From a virus: DNA of 64,000 nt. Position numbers and translations under genes: made by a program. Shown here piece by piece: positions 1 to 9,656 of the stretch. Position 1 is the first letter of the stretch. The number at the start of each line of letters is the position of its first letter. The notes under the pieces were generated by a model that searched no databases, was not told the DNA's origin, and saw only the letters and a program-made list of their open reading frames with translations. The stretch is from IMG/VR virus record IMGVR_UViG_3300024520_000063, positions 1-64,000 of that record. One strand, written 5' to 3'.

Positions 1-10
1 GATACTGCCA

Positions 11-3000
11 TTATATAATTTTCCCCATATTGCCAAAGTTGGCATTCAGCTGTCCCATTCCAGTGTTAATCAGATTAAGAATCCTGTTGCCCTCCACGGC
101 AGCGTCAAGTTGCTTATCGCCCTTCAGTGAGGTCTGAATCTGACTGTGCAAACTTCCGACATCAGTCAATCCGACAGGAGCGTCCGTAAGTGACGCCTCT
201 TTGACTCCCGCGATCGCCGCCTCTTCTGCGATCTTCTTCTCAGCATTAGCCACAGACTCGTCATTTCCTGGATCGACATCAGCTTGGATTTGCGCAATCT
301 TGGCTTCAAGGTCACGTCTAATCTTGGCCCTCTGCTCGTCAATGTCGACTTCTCCGTCAGCAGCATCAAGGCGACTCTGGAAATCCGCATTCTCTCCAAT
401 CTTTCTCGCCTGATCCTGACGGCCAGCCTTCAACATATCATCGAACAATTGTGAATCAGCCTCTTCTGTCGCTTTCTGTTTCTCTGCTGGGGTTAGCCTT
501 CCGGCTGCGTCCTCTTCCTCGATTCTTTTTCGTCTGGCAATATCCGCTTCCTGTATCTGGTCCTGCTCTCGGTCCAGTCTTGTGCTGTCTGATTTCAGAG
601 AGTCGATCTCGCTGCCGAACTTCAGTCTTGCCGACTCGTCATTTAGGTATGCGATTCTCTTCTGAGCTGCAAGGAAGTTATTCAGGGCAGCCGTGGCGGC
701 AGCTAACTCAGCAGGCGTCTTGCTAAGAGTGTTCGCCCACTCTTCCAATTGAGCATCAGCACTGAAAGCCTGTGATTTTATATTATATAGGGACTTGGAA
801 AGAGCATCGAGACCTGGCCTGTCAGCTTCCAGCTTGAATGTCTCTGCTAATGCGCTATTAACTCCAATATTCTCCCTTCGCCTAATATCCTTAGCTGACC
901 CCGGGAGCCTGCCTGCGGCTTCAGCACTCTCGCTGCTGATGCGGTTACGGAAATCCGCCATAGTCTCACCAGACTGTCTTTTGAACCTGGATGATTTAAT
1001 GCTCTCCTCTTTGGCCAATTCTTCCTGTCTTGTAAACTCGTCTTTGAATGCCTTCTTGCGACGTATATCGTCTGGGGTCGTGCCTTTAATGCTCTCGTCA
1101 ACACCCTGCCTTCTCTTATCGAAATCAGATTCAATCTTGTCGAGCTTTTGGGTATTTACATCATTTATTCCACCTCCAACACCAGAAAGAAACTTGTCGA
1201 TCGAATCATCGTACAGCTTGATCATGCCCTGTAGTTGATTTCTGTTTTCAGTCAGTGACGCTATTTGTGTTTCGCTGAGCCCACCTTTATCCAGTGTGTC
1301 GTCAATACTCTTTAGTTGTGTTCTGGCACCAAAGGACGCATGTGCCATCGACTCGGCATCCTTAAGGTTGGATACCGATGATCCAAACGCTATCTGGCTT
1401 GTCTTGCCAGACATAAAATCATTCATTCTCTGGGTAAGCTGAACAATGGAGTCCGCGAACGCTTTTGACGCCGCTTCCGCTTCCGCTGTAACTCTGGAAA
1501 TTTCCTCCAAAGTCTCTTTGAATTTTACTAATTCTGGACTGTCCCCGTCGATCTCTTTCAGGCTGTGCAGCAAGCGAGCAATCTCTGCTTTTCCAGCAAG
1601 CGAGCTTTTGTCTATATTAGCTATATCTGTAAGAGATTGCTTATTCTCTGGATTCATTGTAGAACCCAGTCTTTCAGCCGTCTTCATCGCCTTTGCCTTA
1701 CCGCTTACAAGTAATTCATTTAAGACGTGCATCTTAAACGTGTCAAGGCCTTCGTTTGCCCTGTCCGCCAACCCCGGAATATTATCAAAGTCACTTATTT
1801 GATCTTGCGCAGTATCTGCGATTACAGCAGTAAAGTGCATTATCTTGGAGAACGTCTCGTTAAGGCCAGCGGCCCAACCACTACTGGATACATCCAAAAT
1901 AATAGAATCGAGTTGTCCCTCTGCCTTGCTCTTCAGGCCCTCTTTGTCGAAAGCCTTTTGGGTTACTTTCTCTGCCTGAGATACGGAAAATTCTTCAGAC
2001 AGGCCCCGTGATGAGAGAATATCGAGACTGTCAGACCTTCCCTGCTCTCTTAACTTGACCAGTGTTTCAAGCTTGCGTATCAGAATCTCCAAGTCCTTGG
2101 ATGTGTCTTTCGCCGACTTACCCATAAGGGTTATTGCCTCTGCGATCCCGATCATTAGAAGCGTCACACCGCCACTTAAGAGAGCCCCCTTGACCGTGCC
2201 CATCGTTGCGAACAACTGAGCTACGTTATTTGCAGATGCGCGGAGAGCACCGCTCAGGCCAGTTTGTCCGATAACTTGGACAAAGTCCTGTACGGCATAC
2301 GACCCCTGCTGCATCATGAACGTGACTTTGCGCTGCCCTTGAGACGCAGCGTGCGCAGCTTCGTTAAAGCCTCCAGTCGCAGCACTTAGTCTCTGCATGT
2401 TGTTATCGTTATCCTGCAACTCCTTTTGAAGTTCTTTGAATTCCTTAGTGTTACCCCTTCCAGTAGTCTTTAGGTTGTTCATTCGCGTTGTAAGTTTTTT
2501 AGATGCCAGATCAAGCCTTTGCATGTTTTGAAGCATTGGAAGCTGTGATTTTCTAAACTCAATCTGTGCATCGATATTGTCCTGAATGGCTGCGTTTCCG
2601 GAGCCTCTCTCCTTTTTAAGCCTCTCCAGAACACTAATCTCATCTTCCAGATCATTGACCCGGGTAGATCCTCCGCCCTCCACAGCGTCTAGCTCTGACT
2701 GAAATGAGTCTGAAAGTGCGGCCTTTCTTCTCTCGCGGCTCTCATCTCGGTCAACCCTGCTCAAATCCTGTTTCAGTTTTTGTTGTTGTTTTGGGTCAAG
2801 CTTTCTACCCTGGTTGTCGGCTATCTCTGCTGAACTCTCTAGTAATTTTTGCCTCTGCTTATCAAATGGCCCAGTAAGAGCATCTTCAAGCTGCTGTTCC
2901 AGAACGGCATAGGTCTGCTGTCCCAGAATGGCGAACTGAGAAAAGAACTCGTCAGGTGACAGGCCTGCGCCGCTGATTTTATCTGCGCCCTCTGACAACA

Positions 3001-4147
3001 TCCCCCCGACATTCTCGCGGGATAGTTGACGACCGATACGGCCACTGGTTCGCTCTTGATCTCGCCCTCTCCTGGCCTCTTGTCTGGCCACGCCAACTTC
3101 GAACTGTGCATCTCCAATTCTTCCGCTCGCAAGCCCCTCCTGGAGGCCAGCTTCGACCCTGTCATAATATTCGTTTGCAGCCTGCTTGGTTTGTGCGGCA
3201 ATATGCTCAGCCGCATCGCGAGCAGCCTGAGCCAATTCCGGACGGGCATCGTCAGGATCGGCCCCTATACCTCCAACCTGGCTGACTATCTGCTTGCGCT
3301 GCAGTTTGGCAAAGTCCTGTCCGGATACTCCCAACATGTCACGGTTAGCCTGACGCTCCTGCCGCACTCCCGACTCACCCTGGAATCTTTGTGCAAGCCG
3401 GACTGCTCCGAAGTTGCCAGCGGCGTCTGTCATCTGCCTCTCTGCTGTTGAGGCAACCCGAGTGATCGCTTCCGAGTCTCCTTCAGATACTTGAGTCTGT
3501 GCCCTTATTGCCGTTAGGTATCTCTCATGTTCGGATCCTGCATCAATATCGCCAGAGGCACGTCCCGACTTCAACATCTGATCCATGAAGGCGACTGGAT
3601 TGCGATGAATGTCCTTTTTGCCTTCTGTGGTGAACCGACCTCTTGTTTCCTCAAAGGACTCCCTCTGGTTGAGTAGGGATTCCCGCATCGGAAGTGTTCC
3701 GCCAGCACCAAGGAAGGCAGAGGACTTCTGAGCAGCATCTCTAACTTGCTTCTTGAGGCCTAGCTGTCGATCGAGTGCTCGTTCGATCGCCTTCTCGTCC
3801 TGAAGTCGACGAGCTGTGATTGCGTTGCCTTTGTCTTCCTGAGACTGATACCTCTTCAGTGATTCGAGAGCCTGTTTGTCTCGGATGGCCCCTTTCATCT
3901 GAGGGCTCAACTTGAACTCTGTTTGCCCTCCCCTGATTGCACTCTGGAGCCTTTTAATTTCGGCTCCGCCGTTCTTCATGCCTTTGATCCACTGCTCCAG
4001 TCCTTTCACTTGACCAGCAGTGATCATGTCCGGCATTTTGAACTTGTTCAGTTCATTGGCAGCTTCTCGCACGCCCTTCAGAAGCTCAGGTAGACCCTCA
4101 GCCGAGAAGTCTACATGAGCACTGCCGATTGATGTGCCTCTGGCCAT
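11..4147 (-). CDS. tail tape measure protein
   Basis: 1378-aa ORF, extended coiled-coil-rich sequence with central hydrophobic segment (GALLSGGVTLLMIGIAEAITLMG), located at distal end of structural module; typical TMP size/position. Confidence 0.8.
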   Translation of the reverse strand: MARGTSIGSAHVDFSAEGLPELLKGVREAANELNKFKMPDMITAGQVKGLEQWIKGMKNGGAEIKRLQSAIRGGQTEFKLSPQMKGAIRDKQALESLKRYQSQEDKGNAITARRLQDEKAIERALDRQLGLKKQVRDAAQKSSAFLGAGGTLPMRESLLNQRESFEETRGRFTTEGKKDIHRNPVAFMDQMLKSGRASGDIDAGSEHERYLTAIRAQTQVSEGDSEAITRVASTAERQMTDAAGNFGAVRLAQRFQGESGVRQERQANRDMLGVSGQDFAKLQRKQIVSQVGGIGADPDDARPELAQAARDAAEHIAAQTKQAANEYYDRVEAGLQEGLASGRIGDAQFEVGVARQEARRGRDQERTSGRIGRQLSRENVGGMLSEGADKISGAGLSPDEFFSQFAILGQQTYAVLEQQLEDALTGPFDKQRQKLLESSAEIADNQGRKLDPKQQQKLKQDLSRVDRDESRERRKAALSDSFQSELDAVEGGGSTRVNDLEDEISVLERLKKERGSGNAAIQDNIDAQIEFRKSQLPMLQNMQRLDLASKKLTTRMNNLKTTGRGNTKEFKELQKELQDNDNNMQRLSAATGGFNEAAHAASQGQRKVTFMMQQGSYAVQDFVQVIGQTGLSGALRASANNVAQLFATMGTVKGALLSGGVTLLMIGIAEAITLMGKSAKDTSKDLEILIRKLETLVKLREQGRSDSLDILSSRGLSEEFSVSQAEKVTQKAFDKEGLKSKAEGQLDSIILDVSSSGWAAGLNETFSKIMHFTAVIADTAQDQISDFDNIPGLADRANEGLDTFKMHVLNELLVSGKAKAMKTAERLGSTMNPENKQSLTDIANIDKSSLAGKAEIARLLHSLKEIDGDSPELVKFKETLEEISRVTAEAEAASKAFADSIVQLTQRMNDFMSGKTSQIAFGSSVSNLKDAESMAHASFGARTQLKSIDDTLDKGGLSETQIASLTENRNQLQGMIKLYDDSIDKFLSGVGGGINDVNTQKLDKIESDFDKRRQGVDESIKGTTPDDIRRKKAFKDEFTRQEELAKEESIKSSRFKRQSGETMADFRNRISSESAEAAGRLPGSAKDIRRRENIGVNSALAETFKLEADRPGLDALSKSLYNIKSQAFSADAQLEEWANTLSKTPAELAAATAALNNFLAAQKRIAYLNDESARLKFGSEIDSLKSDSTRLDREQDQIQEADIARRKRIEEEDAAGRLTPAEKQKATEEADSQLFDDMLKAGRQDQARKIGENADFQSRLDAADGEVDIDEQRAKIRRDLEAKIAQIQADVDPGNDESVANAEKKIAEEAAIAGVKEASLTDAPVGLTDVGSLHSQIQTSLKGDKQLDAAVEGNRILNLINTGMGQLNANFGNMGKII

Positions 4148-4149
4148 TA

Positions 4150-4647
4150 TCAGTCTCCAGCGCCGGATCCGGCGCTCTCGTCAGAGTCCTTATCATCTTC
4201 CTTCAGACTGTCCGTAATTGTACTCAATGCGTGTTCCATCAGGTCAGTCCAGACTGAACCTTGAAGTGCGGTCATCCAGAAGTCTCGCAGCTGACGCATC
4301 CCGTCCCGGTCCAGGTTATCGAACGTCTCGTCGATATCTTCCTGCTTGATATCAGAGTTTGCCTTCTTCGATGATTGGCAGAATGCGAAGTACAGCCCTT
4401 CCGGGGTACTGGTCCACCTGTTGACGTCCTCATCGCTGATGATGATTCCGTTCATATAGGTATCCAGGGCGACATTGGTCTGTGAGATCATCGCAGCTGG
4501 GTCGTTGGGCAGGCTGCCCACGAAATCCTTGAAAGCGGCCCCGCGAACCTTCCTGATCTCCTCGGCAGCCTGCATCCGGAAACGGTGTCCCAGATTCCCA
4601 AACTTGAAGTTCTTACGGTTGATTTTCAGTGTGAAATCTTTACTCAT
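4150..4647 (-). CDS. hypothetical protein (tail assembly chaperone position)
   Basis: 165-aa ORF immediately upstream of tape-measure gene, 2-nt spacing to neighbours. Confidence 0.5.
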   Translation of the reverse strand: MSKDFTLKINRKNFKFGNLGHRFRMQAAEEIRKVRGAAFKDFVGSLPNDPAAMISQTNVALDTYMNGIIISDEDVNRWTSTPEGLYFAFCQSSKKANSDIKQEDIDETFDNLDRDGMRQLRDFWMTALQGSVWTDLMEHALSTITDSLKEDDKDSDESAGSGAGD

Positions 4648-4649
4648 GT

Positions 4650-5423
4650 CTATCCCTTTGTTAATCCAGCCAGTGCGGGTCGTCCACTGGCAATGTTTTT
4701 GGCCATGACCCTGTATCGCTCAGTGTATTCTTTTCGCAGAATCCTGGTATGTTTCTTTGCCTGCATCTCCAGAACACTCTTCTCATTGGAGACGTCCTCG
4801 ATCTGGTCTTCAGTCTTCCTGATCATCAGAGATATCTGCCCGAGCGTGAGATTGGCGACATCGGCTGGAGAGATATTAAATGGCTCCTTGATTAGAGAGC
4901 CAAACAGGGATGAGCGTTCACGCATGAATCCCTCATCTCCGCCCCCTGACGATTCAGCCAGGACAAGAATTTCGTAGATGTAGCAGATATCAGCGTCACC
5001 AGTCGCAACGTCAATACTCCACTCAATCTTGTGTGACCACTCGTAGCCCTGATCCTCAATTTCGCGACAGTAGCTCTCCTGAGCCTCAAGGAAGTCCATT
5101 CCCGACGAATCCCTTGTAGCCTGCCAGTAGGACAGCACGCGGCCCTCTGGAGACCTGTAATAGCGATTCAGGTCTGAGCCCCGACAACCAATCCACTTGT
5201 GCCGGATAGGCGGGAGAATACCCTCAAGGAACGCTACGCGGTCGTCGTAGTCCTTTATGCGCATAGCAAAGTACCTGGCGTGGAAAAGCGGATCGTTTCG
5301 CAGATACATGATCTGCGCTTCCACTTCTGCCAGGTGCTTGAGGGTTCGACCCCGAATTTGTACCGGCTTTCCCTGAACAATAATCAGCGGGCCGACACCA
5401 CAGAGTGTTGAGAGCCCACTCAT
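4650..5423 (-). CDS. hypothetical structural/assembly protein
   Basis: 257-aa ORF, contiguous with neighbours in structural operon. Confidence 0.5.
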   Translation of the reverse strand: MSGLSTLCGVGPLIIVQGKPVQIRGRTLKHLAEVEAQIMYLRNDPLFHARYFAMRIKDYDDRVAFLEGILPPIRHKWIGCRGSDLNRYYRSPEGRVLSYWQATRDSSGMDFLEAQESYCREIEDQGYEWSHKIEWSIDVATGDADICYIYEILVLAESSGGGDEGFMRERSSLFGSLIKEPFNISPADVANLTLGQISLMIRKTEDQIEDVSNEKSVLEMQAKKHTRILRKEYTERYRVMAKNIASGRPALAGLTKG

Positions 5424-5426
5424 AGA

Positions 5427-5813
5427 TTACGTCCTTAGGCCAGCTCCAGTCCAAACGCCATCAGTCATGAATGGCACAGATGCACGCTGGACAGTACCTT
5501 CCCGGTTTCCCGTGAAGTTGAACTGGCCCAGTCGAGCAGTTCCTGTTGCCAGCGTGAGGCCAGTCTGACCCAGAAGAGTCAGCGTGACAAGGTCACCTGT
5601 CTCAGCCAGATCGGCGGCGAGGGCGTCAGCATCAACGACCATATTCATGGTCCCGCTGCCACGTTCTGCCGTGCAGACTGTTTCGGAAGCACCGTCGCCG
5701 CTCACGGCGAAGTACTCTTCGTTCGGGGAGCCGTACGTCAGATCCCAGTCGGTCACGGCAACCATTGTGCAACTGCCGATGGTCATGTAGCCTTGCTTAC
5801 CAGAAAGGGCCAT
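5427..5813 (-). CDS. putative tail component (possible small major tail protein)
   Basis: 128-aa ORF, position upstream of chaperone-like ORFs and TMP. Confidence 0.4.
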   Translation of the reverse strand: MALSGKQGYMTIGSCTMVAVTDWDLTYGSPNEEYFAVSGDGASETVCTAERGSGTMNMVVDADALAADLAETGDLVTLTLLGQTGLTLATGTARLGQFNFTGNREGTVQRASVPFMTDGVWTGAGLRT

Positions 5814-5834
5814 GTTTCTCTCTCCTTGAGATTA

Positions 5835-6284
5835 CTAAGCCGGAGTCGTCCGGGCTTTCTTCCACATTAGGGTAAAGTCAACGTACCCAGCATAGACATT
5901 CTTGTCTGGAAGCTTGTACGCCTCACGTCCTTCGAACCGAACATCAATCACATCACCTTCTGAAATGACCAATGGATTGGTTCCGGCCCGGTCAGAATCG
6001 TTGATATTTGACTCAATAGTATCGAGGAATCCTTCCAGCGCAACTAGATCAGTATGCCAGACTTTGAAGCGGACCTCGGTTATTCTGATGCTGTACTCGA
6101 CTGCATCTTCATAGACGGTGTCAGGCCCCAGTCCATACTCGGCTCGGGGCATGTCTTTGTTGGCATCTGATTCTGGCGTGGAGTCCGCCCCCATCAGGCC
6201 CCAGTTTCCCCGATAGAGCTTAGCTATCGAAGTGTCCAGGCTGGCGTCATTCCATCGGTCGTAGATGCCCTTGCCGAGTGGCAT
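5835..6284 (-). CDS. hypothetical virion protein
   Basis: 149-aa ORF in structural operon. Confidence 0.5.
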   Translation of the reverse strand: MPLGKGIYDRWNDASLDTSIAKLYRGNWGLMGADSTPESDANKDMPRAEYGLGPDTVYEDAVEYSIRITEVRFKVWHTDLVALEGFLDTIESNINDSDRAGTNPLVISEGDVIDVRFEGREAYKLPDKNVYAGYVDFTLMWKKARTTPA

Positions 6285-6904
6285 TAGTTGATATTCCCCC
6301 TAAAGAGAAGTCTGCGGACAATCCACTCTGTCTCTTCGAAGACCGCGTCGTCGATACCTTTGCGAGCCGGAATCTCAAACGACTTACTTGTGAGGATGTA
6401 GTGAAGCTCGCTTTCGTTTTCGCCAGTTCCGAGAAAGATCCCAAATGGAGCACTGTACTTCTTCCCGCCCCCATCCTTCTGGTTCATCCTTCGTATGATT
6501 CGAACCCCAGGAAAACTCCGAGCCGAGTTACCGTCACTAGACCACTGCTTGGCAGCCCAGCTGTATGGAATTGCCAGGTATTTTCCATTCTTCGGACTGA
6601 TTCGCCTCACATTTGAAACTAGCTTTTCCCGAGCCGCAAATGGCCCGGTCGTAGAGATTCTGATCGCAAAGGGGTTAATTCTTTTGACTTGAACAGACTC
6701 TCTCAGGTGTCCCTGGACTCGGGTGGGATGCTCTCCGCCCACGCTGTAGCGCGTCCGAGCAGATTTGCTCCACTTCTTTCGAATGCGGTGTTGCAGTCCC
6801 TTCCGGATTTCCTCGATCCGACTCTTGAGCACATTCTCCAACCTGAGCGAAAACTCTCCGCCCGTGTTTTTGATTGTGACAGTTTGTCGGCCTCTCTTAG
6901 CCAT
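6284..6904 (-). CDS. hypothetical virion protein
   Basis: ORF 6284..6955; likely start at internal Met (MAKRGRQ). Confidence 0.45.
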   Translation of the reverse strand: MAKRGRQTVTIKNTGGEFSLRLENVLKSRIEEIRKGLQHRIRKKWSKSARTRYSVGGEHPTRVQGHLRESVQVKRINPFAIRISTTGPFAAREKLVSNVRRISPKNGKYLAIPYSWAAKQWSSDGNSARSFPGVRIIRRMNQKDGGGKKYSAPFGIFLGTGENESELHYILTSKSFEIPARKGIDDAVFEETEWIVRRLLFRGNIN

Positions 6905-7229
6905 CGATTCTCCCAGAGCGTATCTCAAGATCCTTATCAGCCAGAGTGTCCTCAAGGGACTCTCGGATTGTCAGATACTCATCAGTCCCGTCAGTGACAT
7001 ACTGATCGTTCCGGCCACAGTGGACCAGAAGCTCATAAACGTCGTCTCCAGTCACGAAGGTGCTGCTCAGATAGACGTCTGTGGACGTCTCGTCGATCGC
7101 TTCCAGTAATCCAATCCTGACGACCCCGCCCAAGACAAGGCTTTTTCCATCAGGGGGGTCGTTGATTCGGTCCAGTTCGTCAATGAATTCTTCCGTGCTG
7201 TTGAATGAGATGTTCATCGTTTGATCCAT
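6897..7229 (-). CDS. hypothetical head-tail joining protein
   Basis: 110-aa ORF, operon context. Confidence 0.45.
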   Translation of the reverse strand: MDQTMNISFNSTEEFIDELDRINDPPDGKSLVLGGVVRIGLLEAIDETSTDVYLSSTFVTGDDVYELLVHCGRNDQYVTDGTDEYLTIRESLEDTLADKDLEIRSGRIDG

Positions 7230-7624
7230 AAAGCGGCGATTCCCAGCCTCTCCCGGTGCTCTACACTGAGCTTTTTTGGGTTGTAGGCTGCGAGATATTT
7301 TTCTGCTTTTTCGAACTCTGTCTTGTCCTTGATTCTGATTAACGCTCCTTTCGGAGATAGATGCATCTCCCTTAGAACCTTCTCTTCCAGAACAGGAAGG
7401 CTTCCCAGTTCTGGGATCTGGTCTGGGATCTCAGATGCCGATTGTGGAAGTTCGTCATCCCGAACCTTTGGAAACTCGTCACCAGTAATTGTTGGAGCAA
7501 CAGGCTTCTTCAGTTTCTTAGCGCCCGAGTCGGCGCTCAGTTCCAGTTTTCCTTCTCCTGAACCACTGTTCTCCAGATGCTGTTTCTTCCTGCCATGTCG
7601 AACGACGGATTTTTTACGCGGCAT
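7214..7624 (-). CDS. hypothetical protein, basic N-terminus
   Basis: 136-aa ORF; overlaps next ORF by 88 nt so start uncertain. Confidence 0.4.
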   Translation of the reverse strand: MPRKKSVVRHGRKKQHLENSGSGEGKLELSADSGAKKLKKPVAPTITGDEFPKVRDDELPQSASEIPDQIPELGSLPVLEEKVLREMHLSPKGALIRIKDKTEFEKAEKYLAAYNPKKLSVEHRERLGIAALWIKR

Positions 7625-7905
7625 GTTCTTGCGATTCCTGTGTTATCAGTCCAAGTGACTCGGTCTTCGGTCTGAAGCTGAGGATCAGATGCGGTATACA
7701 TACACCATGCAATTGCAGTTTCCCGAATTCCATATTCAATTCGCTCATCGGCTGTTGCGGTCTGCATATCAGCCTGGACAGTCGTAGGTAAGGCACCTCG
7801 ATTTCCAGTGCTCCACGCTAACGAGACTCCGCCATGAGCGTCTGTCGTGTCGGCTTCCCTCTCCATTGTGATGGCAAACCGATCGCACATACTGGAGATG
7901 CTCAT
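7537..7905 (-). CDS. hypothetical head-tail connector protein
   Basis: 122-aa ORF, 4-nt overlap with upstream gene. Confidence 0.45.
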   Translation of the reverse strand: MSISSMCDRFAITMEREADTTDAHGGVSLAWSTGNRGALPTTVQADMQTATADERIEYGIRETAIAWCMYTASDPQLQTEDRVTWTDNTGIARTCRVKNPSFDMAGRNSIWRTVVQEKENWN

Positions 7906-8591
7906 ATGAACTCCCCGTAGTAAACAATCGGATCGAGATTAGCCATGGTTCTTCCCAGGAGCCCGCTTGGTGCGTTCCACTCTGCCTGCATTGTGGATGT
8001 GTCCGCGTACTTCACTGTGTAGTCCTTGAGTCTCTCCATTGTGACTGGCCCAGCCCCAGCCGTGACATTCTGCTGCTGTTTTGCGAAGTTGTACCTGGCC
8101 AATGTCTCGTTAAAGACAGCCTCTCGCACAAAGTGAAATTCATCGTCCAGCTGGGTTGATGTGAACCCGGCAAGATAGACCACTTTGACTGTACGAGGAC
8201 TGATCGGCCAGTTCTTCTGGTATCGTCTCAAGATGCCCGCATGGCTCAGTGTACTGATTTCGGTGTCTAACCAGAAATCTGTATCTATGGTCAGTGCTGT
8301 ATCTGAGTCGAAATCCGCTGCGTTCTGTCCACCGCGAGAGTTGTAATCCTCGTGAACAGTGGTCACAGAGGCGACGAACGGCTCCGGCAATTGAAGCTCG
8401 TTACTGTCCTGTCTCCAGCGTGGCAGGATGTGAGTATGCGTGGCCCGAGTAATTGTCCAGCGGACGTACTGGCGGATCTGAGCCTCAACACGCAGCCTGA
8501 TAGCATCAAGCATCGCAGTGTCAGCGGCAGCCAAAGCTGTTCCGAGCTGCAACTCTATGTTTGCCGTTGTGGCAATGTCTGTCAGTGCCAT
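7902..8591 (-). CDS. hypothetical virion protein (head-tail adaptor size class)
   Basis: 229-aa ORF in structural operon. Confidence 0.5.
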   Translation of the reverse strand: MALTDIATTANIELQLGTALAAADTAMLDAIRLRVEAQIRQYVRWTITRATHTHILPRWRQDSNELQLPEPFVASVTTVHEDYNSRGGQNAADFDSDTALTIDTDFWLDTEISTLSHAGILRRYQKNWPISPRTVKVVYLAGFTSTQLDDEFHFVREAVFNETLARYNFAKQQQNVTAGAGPVTMERLKDYTVKYADTSTMQAEWNAPSGLLGRTMANLDPIVYYGEFI

Positions 8592-8686
8592 TGTGCGTTA
8601 CCCAAAGAAAAGAGGCGAGGACCGCAATTCGATCCTCGCCTTTATAGGCTTGCCTATGCGGCAGTCTGGACTCTCAGATTACTGGC

Positions 8687-9091
8687 TTACCAGGAAGTCT
8701 TCCGCGACATCAGAGTGATGCCAACCAGAAAACTCGGGCTGGTTCCGGCGATCGTCAGGACAGCTCGCACGTATCGCTCTTTGCGATTATGGAACTGAGC
8801 CGTGAAGACCGTGTTGTCATCCGTGCCTGTGATCTGTGTCAGGGTGGCACCTGTAATGTCCGCCCAGGCGTCAGCAGCTTCAGGATCAGCCGAGTTTTCG
8901 TTTCGGCTTTCCTGCAGCTTAATGTCCAGAGTCGGGCTGGTTCCAGTTGCAGCACCCAAATTGACGATCACGAAGACGTCTGGACCGCAGTCCTGACAGT
9001 CGTGTGAGCTGCTGTTTGCAGTCGCCGTGGTTGCAGCAGGATCCAGAACCTGCGTGGTATTGAAGTAATTAACCATATCAATCGAACTCAT
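8687..9091 (-). CDS. hypothetical virion protein
   Basis: 134-aa ORF downstream of capsid gene. Confidence 0.45.
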   Translation of the reverse strand: MSSIDMVNYFNTTQVLDPAATTATANSSSHDCQDCGPDVFVIVNLGAATGTSPTLDIKLQESRNENSADPEAADAWADITGATLTQITGTDDNTVFTAQFHNRKERYVRAVLTIAGTSPSFLVGITLMSRKTSW

Positions 9092-9106
9092 CTCGGTTCT
9101 CCTCGA

Positions 9107-9589
9107 TTACTTCCCAGAGCGGGAAGAGGGTTTTTGGCTTTCCGCGACAATCCCTCGGACGATTGATTCGATCAAGTGAACGGAAACCATTCCATTCGTG
9201 ATCGCATTCTGGTGCCTCTTGGGAACTTTGTCAGTCTTCCTGACATCAAGGACGAGAAACTGATAGTCAACCTGACCCAGCTGTTCTCGTGCCTTGTATT
9301 TCTTAAGCCACTCGTTGTGCGTGGACAAAAGGCCGTTCACGATTGTCCCCGTGAAGGACTCCGATGGAGTCACAACATTGGGCTGATGAACGTGTTCGAA
9401 ATCACCATTCCCCAGAGCAACAACCTTCCGCTTTCTGCCCTGGTACATCCGATCTTCAGGCGACCAGCTCGAATGCTGACCCAGTTGAAGTGTGACTTCG
9501 TAAAAGCCGCTCTCTTCGCTCTCAGGCAGAAACTCGTGTGGCTTGACTTGCTCCGCACTAAGGGCTTCGATTTTCTCTGCAACAGCCAT
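9107..9589 (-). CDS. hypothetical virion protein
   Basis: 160-aa ORF downstream of capsid gene. Confidence 0.45.
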   Translation of the reverse strand: MAVAEKIEALSAEQVKPHEFLPESEESGFYEVTLQLGQHSSWSPEDRMYQGRKRKVVALGNGDFEHVHQPNVVTPSESFTGTIVNGLLSTHNEWLKKYKAREQLGQVDYQFLVLDVRKTDKVPKRHQNAITNGMVSVHLIESIVRGIVAESQKPSSRSGK

Positions 9590-9656
9590 TCTTGACTCCG
9601 GTTTTGAGGGTGGAACACAGGGCGGATCAGGTCCGATCCGCCCCTAGTCCTTATTT